Shown here one piece after another: positions 28,580 to 36,667 of a DNA stretch of 64,000 bases. Both the position numbers and the translations under genes were made by a program. Below the pieces are notes generated by a model that had not been told where the DNA came from, made no database searches, and was given only the letters and a program-made list of their open reading frames with translations. The number at the start of each line of letters is the position of its first letter. Within the stretch, counting starts at the first letter, position 1. Source of the DNA: an uncultured Candidatus Saccharibacteria bacterium (lineage in GTDB: Bacteria > Patescibacteriota > Minisyncoccia > Phycocordibacterales > Phycocordibacteraceae); NCBI GenBank assembly GCA_964391975.1, contig CAYMNZ010000001.1:326978-390977 (forward strand). The letters are read 5' to 3'.

Positions 28580-29365
28580 CTAGCACTTCACGTTCTCAAT
28601 GATGTAATCAAAGGCCTCGTCAACGGTATCCACCAGCTTATAGAGTTTGAGGTCGCTCTCATCAATAGCAGCATACTGGGCAAAGAACCGCTTTTCAAAG
28701 GACTCAATAATCGGAGTCCAGTATTCCTTTCCGTAGAGCACGATAGGAATCGGCTGAATTTTCTTGGTCTGGACAAGTGTCGCAATTTCAAAGAACTCAT
28801 CCATGGTGCCGTATCCTCCCGGGAAGTAGATGTAGACCTCAGAGGCAAACGCGAGCATGGTCTTGCGAACGAAGAAGTGGTCGAACGTTATTGAGTCCGT
28901 AAGGTAGCCGTTTAATGCCTGGTTGTCGGAGAGACGAATGTTAAGACCAACTGATGCACCTCCTGCCTCAAAGGCTCCTTTGTTTGCCGCCTCCATGATG
29001 CCGCTAGAGCCTCCGGTGATGATGGCGAATCCGCGCTTCGCAAGCCGTCCTGCGAGCTCCGTGGCTGCCTTTGAAATCTCCTCACCGAAGCCCGCGCGTG
29101 CGCTTCCGAAGAAGCTTGCTGCAAGTCCATACTTTGAGAGAAGCTCAAAGCCCTCCACGAATTCGGACATAATCTTAAAGATGCGCCATGACTCAAGCTG
29201 CTTCGGCTTACAGACCAGCGGCTTGAACTCAGCAGGCACTTCAGGTTTTCCCTGCTGGATAGCGTCCACCAGCGTGTCCTTCATCCGTTCGTGATGCTCT
29301 TCCCTATTCACCACAGGGTCCGTCACTGAAGGAACAGTGTGTGAATCAGTTACTTTGTCATCCAT
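28580..29365 (-). CDS. LOG-family (TIGR00730-type, SLOG superfamily) protein with about 75-aa N-terminal extension
   Basis: LOG motifs GGSSGIMEA (GGGxxGxMG-like) and FPGGYGTMDEFFE (PGGxGTxxE); 261 aa versus about 190 for a minimal LOG. Overlaps the upstream exonuclease gene by 16 nt. Confidence 0.75.
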   Translation of the reverse strand: MDDKVTDSHTVPSVTDPVVNREEHHERMKDTLVDAIQQGKPEVPAEFKPLVCKPKQLESWRIFKIMSEFVEGFELLSKYGLAASFFGSARAGFGEEISKAATELAGRLAKRGFAIITGGSSGIMEAANKGAFEAGGASVGLNIRLSDNQALNGYLTDSITFDHFFVRKTMLAFASEVYIYFPGGYGTMDEFFEIATLVQTKKIQPIPIVLYGKEYWTPIIESFEKRFFAQYAAIDESDLKLYKLVDTVDEAFDYIIENVKC

Positions 29366-29943
29366 GGTATGTCGTACGTATCAAAATCGGGTAACAGTTT
29401 CTTATTATACGCTATCCGAGCGATGACTTCTGCATGGCAATACGCTCCAGTGAGCGCATTGTGGGGTTTCGGTTCTGCTGGGAGGCCACAGTACGCAAGA
29501 GCGTACGTCATATCGATAGCTGAGTGGTTGTTCTTGAGCGGAGGCTCCTTCCCATTCACTCGCATATGGGTCCACACGAGCGTGTGTACGTCGATGGTTC
29601 GCTTGGCAAACGGAAACTCCATGTGTGCCCGCTCGCAGGCAGCCCGAAGAATATCGTGGTCAAAGGAAACGTTCTGCGCAGCCACCGTGCGCTCCTCTAT
29701 ATCCATAGCCCAGGCGATGAACCCCGCGACAAGCTCCGCCTCGGTCTTTTTCTCGGGGTCAGTAGCCTCATCCCTCGAGAACCCATTCACTGCAAGCGCC
29801 TCGTCTTCAATGTGTGCACCATCCCACGCACGGCATTCGTCGTAGAACTGATTAGTTGGATTGTCTAAATCCAATGCTCCGATTGAAAGAATGGAGTTCT
29901 TGCGTGGTTCGACGCCTGTGGCTTCTACATCGAGGACAATCAT
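29350..29943 (-). CDS. DEDDh 3'-5' exonuclease (DnaQ/epsilon-like, 197 aa)
   Basis: Exo I LDVEATG, Exo II NVSFDHDIL, Exo III HSAIDMTY (Asp spaced one residue closer than canonical). Its start is 2 nt after the upstream stop. Confidence 0.75.
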   Translation of the reverse strand: MIVLDVEATGVEPRKNSILSIGALDLDNPTNQFYDECRAWDGAHIEDEALAVNGFSRDEATDPEKKTEAELVAGFIAWAMDIEERTVAAQNVSFDHDILRAACERAHMEFPFAKRTIDVHTLVWTHMRVNGKEPPLKNNHSAIDMTYALAYCGLPAEPKPHNALTGAYCHAEVIARIAYNKKLLPDFDTYDIPWMTK

Positions 29944-29945
29944 GA

Positions 29946-30836
29946 TTATTTCTTACGCATAAGGCGCGTCATGTTCTCCTCCTGGAGGTCATGCGTCCGA
30001 CTGATGTATTCGTTTATGCGCTCGGAACGTTGAGTCGACTGCCTAATCCAGTCGCTCCATTCTGTAGCAGTAATCACCCCGCGCGCCTTGAGGATGCCTA
30101 GAGCTTCGAGCCTTCCTACCTGAATGTCGAGTGCGGCGCTCATATTCTCCTCGGCGTTTCGAGGAGTGTCGTGGCCGAACATGTACAGATAGACGAGCTT
30201 CCTCGCTTCGGCGAACTTGTCCCACACCGCAGCCTGTACCCGCTGTTCCTTTGCACCAAACGGTTCTCCTACCTCAGGCGGAAGTTCAGCAATAAGAGGG
30301 GTTATTTCGTCGTAAATTTGCTCAAGCTGTGCAAGCACGTAGAGTTCCGTTTCGACGCGTTTTTCAAGAGTTGCCTTAAGCCCCCTACTCTCCATGGCCT
30401 CGATTGGGTTTTCTGCCTCACTCGCCTCTCGCATTGCCTTGCGGCGGCGGTGCGGATAGTGAACGAGTTCAAAACTACGCTTCCACATCTCCTCGTGCTC
30501 TCCCATCCGGTCGTAGAGGTTCTGAAGCATCTCATGCACCTCCGGAAGGCGCCCGTACTTCTTCTCATAGTTGGTACAGTGCGTATCGAACGCATGCGTA
30601 TCGCGCTTCCAGCGGGCATCAAGGGCCTTGAGTTCAGTCTCGAACGCTTCGAGACGCTCTTCGTCTTCCCTCGTGAGGTTGCCTTGAAAGAGCATGCCGG
30701 TGACAACACTGCTTATCTCGGCATACTTCTCGACGACCTCGTCTGCCAGCCGTCCCAACGAACGGTCCATGAATTCGATATTGGAGAGCTCATGCGCCTC
30801 ATCGCGCTTCTCCCGTGGGTCAGACTCAAAATCCAT
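29946..30836 (-). CDS. Hypothetical acidic protein (296 aa), predicted all-helical
   Basis: Charged E/K/R-rich coding-like composition with no recognised motif. The opposite-strand 263-aa ORF here has junk-like composition. Confidence 0.5.
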   Translation of the reverse strand: MDFESDPREKRDEAHELSNIEFMDRSLGRLADEVVEKYAEISSVVTGMLFQGNLTREDEERLEAFETELKALDARWKRDTHAFDTHCTNYEKKYGRLPEVHEMLQNLYDRMGEHEEMWKRSFELVHYPHRRRKAMREASEAENPIEAMESRGLKATLEKRVETELYVLAQLEQIYDEITPLIAELPPEVGEPFGAKEQRVQAAVWDKFAEARKLVYLYMFGHDTPRNAEENMSAALDIQVGRLEALGILKARGVITATEWSDWIRQSTQRSERINEYISRTHDLQEENMTRLMRKK

Positions 30837-30857
30837 AGAGGAAACTATAGCATCAGG

Positions 30858-31151
30858 CTAAATACCCTTGCAGTTAGCCGCTGGGGCATAGCCTGCAGCC
30901 TCTGCGTCCTCTTTAGAGGCAAAGAAAACCTTGTTGCTCTCCGAGATAGTCTTGGCTCCTGAGCAGGTCGGCAAATGATACTTAGTGCCGTTTTTAGAGG
31001 CCACATACCTTGCATCCTCGGGGGTTACTGCCTGGGCTACCGCAGCTCCCTGGTCGGTGTATTCAATGGAGAAATCACTCCCCTGCCCCGCATCCCGCTC
31101 ATAGAGCATCCCAAGCCAGAAGCTCGCAGAAGTGGCTAAAACAACCACCAT
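30858..31151 (-). CDS. Small membrane-anchored protein with Ada-type metal-binding-like domain
   Basis: C-terminal [13 protein letters not shown]...[20 protein letters not shown] resembles the Ada N-terminal Zn-binding fold but has only two Cys. Start placed at 31151 ([16 protein letters not shown], signal anchor) because a sigma70-like promoter for the divergent rpmA lies at 31192-31221. An alternative upstream ATG at 31223 would overlap that promoter. Confidence 0.45.
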   Translation of the reverse strand: MVVVLATSASFWLGMLYERDAGQGSDFSIEYTDQGAAVAQAVTPEDARYVASKNGTKYHLPTCSGAKTISESNKVFFASKEDAEAAGYAPAANCKGI

Positions 31152-31191
31152 AAGCACCAAGACGTCCTCAGGGACTTTGGCCAGCACTTCC

Positions 31192-31221
31192 TTGCTTCTA
31201 CGGCCTATCTCTGCTATATTC
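31192..31221 (+). promoter_or_regulatory. Putative sigma70-type promoter of rpmA (TTGCTT-N18-TATATT)
   Basis: -35 TTGCTT (31192-31197) and -10 TATATT (31216-31221) with an 18-nt spacer; the -10 ends 21 nt upstream of the rpmA ATG. Confidence 0.35.
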
Positions 31222-31242
31222 ATGCCACAACAGCATAGCACT

Positions 31243-31515
31243 ATGGCATCAACAAAAGCGGGAGGCTCAACAAAGAACGTACGCGACTCACAAGCGAAAT
31301 ACCTTGGAGTAAAGCTCGGTGACGGCGCAGCAGCTCGTCCGGGTATGGTTATCGTCCGCCAGCGCGGTACTAAGATTATGGCCGGCAAGAATGTCCGTGT
31401 CGGAAAGGACCACACCCTTTTCTCACTCGCTACTGGTAAGGTTTCCTTCACCGAGAAGCGCAAGGTTCGCTACGACGGTAGCACCATTCGCCGCAAGGTA
31501 GCCAACGTCGTCTAA
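31243..31515 (+). CDS. rpmA: 50S ribosomal protein L27
   Basis: [24 protein letters not shown]... matches the L27 N-terminus (MAHKKGGGSTRNGRDS); 90 aa. The ORF-table start 31132 is an upstream extension. Confidence 0.9.
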   Translation: MASTKAGGSTKNVRDSQAKYLGVKLGDGAAARPGMVIVRQRGTKIMAGKNVRVGKDHTLFSLATGKVSFTEKRKVRYDGSTIRRKVANVV

Positions 31516-31516
31516 C

Positions 31517-31548
31517 AAAAAAGCCCCGCATCAAGCGGGGCTTTTTTG
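31517..31548. terminator. Bidirectional rho-independent terminator between rpmA and rplI
   Basis: aaaaaagccccgc-atcaa-gcggggctttttt. Confidence 0.75.
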
Positions 31549-31558
31549 TATTGGAAGC

Positions 31559-31984
31559 TTATTCAGCTTCGACAACAATGGTGATCTTCCCGAAGTTCTC
31601 GCCGTAAGCGACAGGAACATCAAAGGTACCGAGTTCCTTGAACGGGCGCTCAATGGAGATAGCATCTACTGGAAGCTTAGTCATCTCTGCAATCTCCTTG
31701 GCATCCACAGCATCATAGAGGTGACCCTGCTCGTTTGCCTTCTTGATGAAAACAATGCGCTCTTCGGCAAGGGCGGTGAGGCGCTCAGCGATGAGCTTAC
31801 CGTCGAGCTCCTGGCGCTCCTTCATCTGCTTCTGCATGGTCTCTGCCCTCTTTACTGCCTCTCCGGTTGCCGGAACGGCCATCTTCCGAGGAATAAGGAA
31901 GTTAATAGCGTGGCCATCCTTTACCTCGACGACATGGTTGGCACGGCCAGTGCCCTTCACGTCCTTTATCATTACGACTTTCAT
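31559..31984 (-). CDS. rplI: 50S ribosomal protein L9
   Basis: MKVVMIKDVKGTGRANHVVEVKDGHAINFLIP matches the L9 N-domain; 141 aa. Confidence 0.9.
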   Translation of the reverse strand: MKVVMIKDVKGTGRANHVVEVKDGHAINFLIPRKMAVPATGEAVKRAETMQKQMKERQELDGKLIAERLTALAEERIVFIKKANEQGHLYDAVDAKEIAEMTKLPVDAISIERPFKELGTFDVPVAYGENFGKITIVVEAE

Positions 31985-32027
31985 AGTGGGGCTATCCTAC
32001 CCTGCCGCCAGCCCTCTGGCAACCGGG

Positions 32028-32984
32028 CTAGAGCGCGAGAACAGCTGCCGCCGTTGCATCCTGCGGCACCTCAAGCTCCGGCATCTGTGAGCTGTTGAAC
32101 GCCATGAGACCGATGACAAAGACCAAAATAGCAAAGGTACCGCCGAGAGCCTCGAGGTACGGCATCCGGAAGTGAGCGTGGAGCGCAACGAGGAACATAA
32201 GACCGAGGATGAGCGCCAGTATAGAAAGAGCCGTGGTTGCGGTGTGATTAGGGGAAGCCATTGCCTGAAGCACGGATTCCTCAACTTGAGAGACAGCGAC
32301 TGTCTCTTCGCCAAGCACGGTAACTTCAGAGGTCTCTGTAGGGGCAACCGCCACAGGAGTCTCCTCCTCAGGTGCTGGTGCTGCAGACGCTATCTTCGGG
32401 CTTGCAAAGAACTGCACGACGAAGGTCACCTGTTTTCCTTTATATTCTCCTTCAGCGGTCGCAATACCAATCTCCTCGTACTGCTGCTTCACGATGTTGG
32501 CGTAATGTGTGGGTGACTTCATCCACGCTTCTTCAACATCTTTGGAGTCTTCGAAGTTTACTGCAAGATTCTCTCCGGCATAGGTGTACTCGTATCCTGC
32601 AAGCTCTACCCAGTGCCACGGCTGCTTGCCGTCAGGAGTGACATGCGCAAAATATCCCTTCGCTGCCATGTCGTTAGCCTTAAGCTGTGCAGCCTTCGTG
32701 AGAAGCGCGTTCTCAGAGAGCTCCCCCGCTCCCACAGATGCGCGGTCTGCGTTGGTGAGCTGTATGAGTGCTGCCGGAAGTACGGTGGCGAGAAGTCCCG
32801 TGCGTCCATCATCAACCTTAGTCGCAAAAAGATAGGCACCCTCAACAAGAAGGACGAGCGTAAAGACGGCGAGAACCGCTGTAACACTCAGGATGCCCGG
32901 ACGAAAGCGGTTTCCCTCGTGCGGGACAACCAAATGCTTCACGTGCTCGTGCCACTTTCGCATAGTATGCAAATAATCACACAC
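32028..32984 (-). CDS. CAP/SCP (PR-1-like, YkwD-type) domain protein anchored by N-terminal and C-terminal TM helices
   Basis: CAP motifs (AAQLKANDMAAKGYFAHVTPDG ... GENLA), one N-terminal TM and two C-terminal TMs. The true start may be the ATG at 32963 (MRKWHEH). Confidence 0.65.
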   Translation of the reverse strand: MCDYLHTMRKWHEHVKHLVVPHEGNRFRPGILSVTAVLAVFTLVLLVEGAYLFATKVDDGRTGLLATVLPAALIQLTNADRASVGAGELSENALLTKAAQLKANDMAAKGYFAHVTPDGKQPWHWVELAGYEYTYAGENLAVNFEDSKDVEEAWMKSPTHYANIVKQQYEEIGIATAEGEYKGKQVTFVVQFFASPKIASAAPAPEEETPVAVAPTETSEVTVLGEETVAVSQVEESVLQAMASPNHTATTALSILALILGLMFLVALHAHFRMPYLEALGGTFAILVFVIGLMAFNSSQMPELEVPQDATAAAVLAL

Positions 32985-33007
32985 TTTTCAGTGTGCGGCA
33001 AATGGCG

Positions 33008-34263
33008 CTACTTTCCGGTCGTAAGGAATTCAACTGCACGCTCCCTTTGCGGGTCCTTCCCTGCTTCTCGGTCTTCCTGGGTGCGCTCTACGAGTATGTC
33101 CGGCGCAATACCACCGTCTGAAATGGAGATGCCATCAGGAGTAAGCCAGCGCGCGACCGTTATCTTAAGCGAACCGCCGCCTACCTCAACAAGCTCCTGA
33201 ACCGAACCCTTTCCAAAGGATGCGGTGCCGATAAGCGTCGCAACGTCATGGTCATGAAGCGCTCCTGCAAGAATCTCTGACGCAGAGGCTGAGCCCTTGT
33301 CCATAAGAATCACAATCTTAGTACCAGCGGCAACACCAGTGCTGCCGGTAGAGCGGTGTACAAGGTTCTCGCGCTTTCCGTCATAATCCTCCGTCACGAT
33401 GACGTCGCCCTTTGGAAGGAAACGGCTGGCAATCTGTACCGCAGACTGCAGATAGCCTCCTGGGTTCCCACGCAAATCGATAAGAAGCTTGTTGGAACCG
33501 GAACGCTTGAAGTCATTTAGTGCATCAGTAAAAAGTTTGTTTGCGGTTCCGGTGAACGTGTAGAGCGTAATGGTGTAGACGCCGGAGGTTGCGTCGTACC
33601 CGTGGTCGATGGTCGGTACCTGGATGGTGTCGCGAACAACGGAAATTTCAATAACCTCACCATTGCGGTAAATGCGGAACACCACTGGCGTACCCTTCTC
33701 TCCACGGATGAGCTTCACTGCTTCATCGGTGGACATGCCATCAGTCGAGACCCCATCGATGGAAAGAATGCCGTCGCCAGCGTGCACACCTGCGCGCTCA
33801 GCCGGGGTGCCCTTCAAAGGAGCAATAACGGTCAGAAGACCCTCCTGTACGCCCATTTCAATACCAACACCACTGAAGTTTCCGAGAATGTCTTCCTTGA
33901 AAATCTTTGCTTCCTGCGGCGGGAGGAAGATGGTGTACGGGTCGCCGTAGGAATCGGTAAGACCCTGGATGGCGCCCCAGAGTTTGTCCTTACTGTCTGG
34001 GAGCGTTGAGGTCGCATGACTCTCGACGAACTTAGCGTCGAGCGTATTCCACACTTTCCAGAAATTCTCGAGGTCAACGGCAGTATCCGGAGTGGCATCA
34101 AGACCATCGGAGAGCAGCGGAATCGAATTGGCGAGGATGCGGCCACCACCTTGAGCTCCGGTTACCATTCCTGCGCCAAACGCGAGGACCACCACGAGTG
34201 CGAAGACGACTGCGACGCGCGCGATACGACTAAAGCGACTTCGTGGAGTGGCGTCAGGGGGCA
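33008..34263 (-). CDS. ctpA: Carboxyl-terminal processing protease (S41, CtpA-like)
   Basis: PDZ domain and S41 catalytic region (LIDLRGNPGGYL, TASASEIL); start moved to the ATG near 34263 (MPPDATPRS... followed by a TM anchor). Confidence 0.8.
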
Positions 34264-34304
34264 TAAATACGCCAGTATTATACCACAATGCTATACTTCT
34301 CTTC

Positions 34305-35225
34305 ATGGTAATACGCCACCTTTGCGGCTCGACGACGTGGGTTGATCTCGAGTGCCCAACGAAAGAAGAGTTGAAGCAGGTAATGGAGGAATATGGCATC
34401 TCGTCGAGAGTTGAAGACGAAATTGTTAACCCCACACCCTACCCGCTCTCCGTTTCCTTCCCTGCGTATAGCTACCTCATCCTCCATTTCCCAATTGCTG
34501 ACGTGCATGAAGGCACCCGAAGTCAGGAAATCGACTTCATCGTCGGCAAGAACTTTTTGATAACGGTTCGTTACGAAACCATCGCCCCGGTTCATAACCT
34601 CCACAAGATTTTTGAAGCCGAGGAACTCCTCGACCTCCCTGCCCCAGAGCGCGCAAGCGGTGCAGAGCTCACGGAATTAGTGTTCCGTCGCCTCTACCGT
34701 GCTATTCGCGAAGAAGTCGAGCAGACGGCACGCCTCTTGGAGCACATCGAAGAGGATGTCTTCTCTGGCAAAGAGCGCGAGACCGTTCGCAAGATTTCAG
34801 ACGCCGGTCGTGTCCTGCTTCGTTTTGAGACCGTGCTGAGGCGCCACGAAGAACCGCTCACCATATTTCTCTCAGAACTTTCAGATAAACGCTTCTTCGG
34901 CCCAGCGTTCAAAGTACACGCCACCTCAATTGAAGCGGAGCGCGAACACGTCGCTGCGCTCGTTGTTTCTTACCGCGCAGTGGTACGAGAACTCCGCACC
35001 ACCAATGACTCCCTTCTCTCCTCCTCTCAGAACGAAGTCATGAAGTACCTAGCGTTCATGTCGCTGCTTACCTTCCCGCTTACCCTCATCGCTGCCATCT
35101 TCGCGATGGAAACTGACTACCTGCCAATCGTCGGACTTCCTCACGACTTCTGGATTGTCATTGGAATCATGGTACTCGTGGGAGGCGGTCTCTTCCTCTT
35201 CGCACGCGCAAAGCGCTGGCTCTAG
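34305..35225 (+). CDS. CorA-family divalent cation transporter homolog with non-canonical AME signature
   Basis: CorA-like N-domain and two C-terminal TMs ending in KRWL. The signature aligns as IAAIFAMETDYLPIVGL against canonical IAGIYGMNFEYMPELKW. Start taken at MVIRHL (34305). Confidence 0.65.
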   Translation: MVIRHLCGSTTWVDLECPTKEELKQVMEEYGISSRVEDEIVNPTPYPLSVSFPAYSYLILHFPIADVHEGTRSQEIDFIVGKNFLITVRYETIAPVHNLHKIFEAEELLDLPAPERASGAELTELVFRRLYRAIREEVEQTARLLEHIEEDVFSGKERETVRKISDAGRVLLRFETVLRRHEEPLTIFLSELSDKRFFGPAFKVHATSIEAEREHVAALVVSYRAVVRELRTTNDSLLSSSQNEVMKYLAFMSLLTFPLTLIAAIFAMETDYLPIVGLPHDFWIVIGIMVLVGGGLFLFARAKRWL

Positions 35226-35228
35226 TGT

Positions 35229-36653
35229 ATGTGGCCCTTTTGTAGCAAAGCCAAGAACAGTGCTCTCCTCTATCTGAGCAATACGCTTTCTGGAAAGAAG
35301 GAGCTCTTCACGCCACTCTCCGCTGGCCGCGCAACGCTCTACTCCTGCGGTCCGACGGTCTACGGTCCCCAGCACATCGGAAACCTGCGGGCTGCAGTCT
35401 TTGCAGATACGGTTGCGCGCACACTCAAGGTCGCAGGCTACCGCGTGCGCCGTGTCATCAACATCACTGATGTCGGACACTTGGTCGGGGACGGAGACGA
35501 AGGCGAGGACAAGATGAATGTAGGCGCACGGGCCGAAAAGACAACACCTGAAGAGATTGCCAAGCGCTACACCGACCGCTATATGCAGGACATCCGGTCG
35601 CTCAACCTCGACCTTCATGACATCAACTTCCCTCGTGCAACCGAGTACATTCAGCAGCAAATTGTGATGATTGAGACACTTGAGAAGAAAGGTCTTACCT
35701 ACAAGACTGAGGACGGCATCTATTTCGATACTGCCAAGTTCCCTTCCTACGGAAAGCTCGGCAACACTCGTGACGTTGAACAGAAGGCAGGTATGCGCGT
35801 CTCGGCTGGCGGAAAGCGCGACCCCCGTGACTTCGCACTCTGGCGTTTTGCAGGGGTGAATGATTTGCAAAAGTGGGATTCGCCATGGGGCGAAGGAAAT
35901 CCGGGCTGGAGTATTGAATGTTCAGCAATGGCGCGTGCACTCCTTGGCGACACCATAGACATACACACCGGTGGCCAGGACCACATCAACGTGCACCACA
36001 ACAATGAGATAGCGCAGTCTGAAGGCGCAACAGGTCGGCCGCTCGCGCGCTACTGGCTCCATAACGCCTTCCTTACTATAGAAGGAGCGAAGATTTCTAA
36101 GTCAGTGGGTAACGTGCACACACTCTCAGACGTTACTGAGCGGGGCTTCCATCCGCTGGCACTCCGTTACTTCTTCCTTCAGGCGCATTACCGCACTCCC
36201 CTTTCCTTCTCCTGGGACGCCGTTGCGGCTGCGGACGAAGGACTCAAGAGGCTTTGGAACGCAGTACGGGAGTTAAAACGTCACGGCAAGATTTCCGATA
36301 GCTCTCGTCGCCTCAGCTCCGTTGTGTTCGATGACCTCGCGACCTCTCAAGCACTCGCGCTCCTGTGGGAGGCACTCAAAGACGACAATCTCTCCCCATC
36401 GGAGAAATGGGGTGTCGTCGAAGCGGCTGAAGAGCTCCTCGGTCTTTCGCTCACCAACCCCCCTGAGGCTGCTGCTGCCCTCTCACTGGCTCAGCTGCCC
36501 GAAGAGGTGCGTGCCCTCGTAGAGGCGCGTGAGGCAGCCCGTGAGGCCAAGGACTTCGCTAAGGCAGATGAGTTACGTATCCACCTTTCAAACCGGGGAT
36601 ATCATGTGGAAGACACCCCTTCCGGACCCCTCTTCACGACCACCGAAAGATAG
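35229..36653 (+). CDS. cysS: Cysteine--tRNA ligase
   Basis: CGPTVYGPQHIGNLR (HIGH), KISKSVGN (KMSKS), 474 aa. Confidence 0.9.
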   Translation: MWPFCSKAKNSALLYLSNTLSGKKELFTPLSAGRATLYSCGPTVYGPQHIGNLRAAVFADTVARTLKVAGYRVRRVINITDVGHLVGDGDEGEDKMNVGARAEKTTPEEIAKRYTDRYMQDIRSLNLDLHDINFPRATEYIQQQIVMIETLEKKGLTYKTEDGIYFDTAKFPSYGKLGNTRDVEQKAGMRVSAGGKRDPRDFALWRFAGVNDLQKWDSPWGEGNPGWSIECSAMARALLGDTIDIHTGGQDHINVHHNNEIAQSEGATGRPLARYWLHNAFLTIEGAKISKSVGNVHTLSDVTERGFHPLALRYFFLQAHYRTPLSFSWDAVAAADEGLKRLWNAVRELKRHGKISDSSRRLSSVVFDDLATSQALALLWEALKDDNLSPSEKWGVVEAAEELLGLSLTNPPEAAAALSLAQLPEEVRALVEAREAAREAKDFAKADELRIHLSNRGYHVEDTPSGPLFTTTER

Positions 36654-36667
36654 TAGAATAGGCCCCT

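Noticed and set aside
28325-28894. 189-aa plus-strand ORF overlapping the LOG-family gene and the 79-aa gene
   Set aside because: It lies opposite two minus-strand genes with clear motifs and operon spacing, has junk-like composition and no upstream signals.
30171-30962. 263-aa plus-strand ORF opposite the 296-aa acidic protein gene
   Set aside because: Cys/Leu/Arg-rich translation with no motif. The minus-strand frame has protein-like charged helical composition and fits the tight operon junctions (TAAtcATG).
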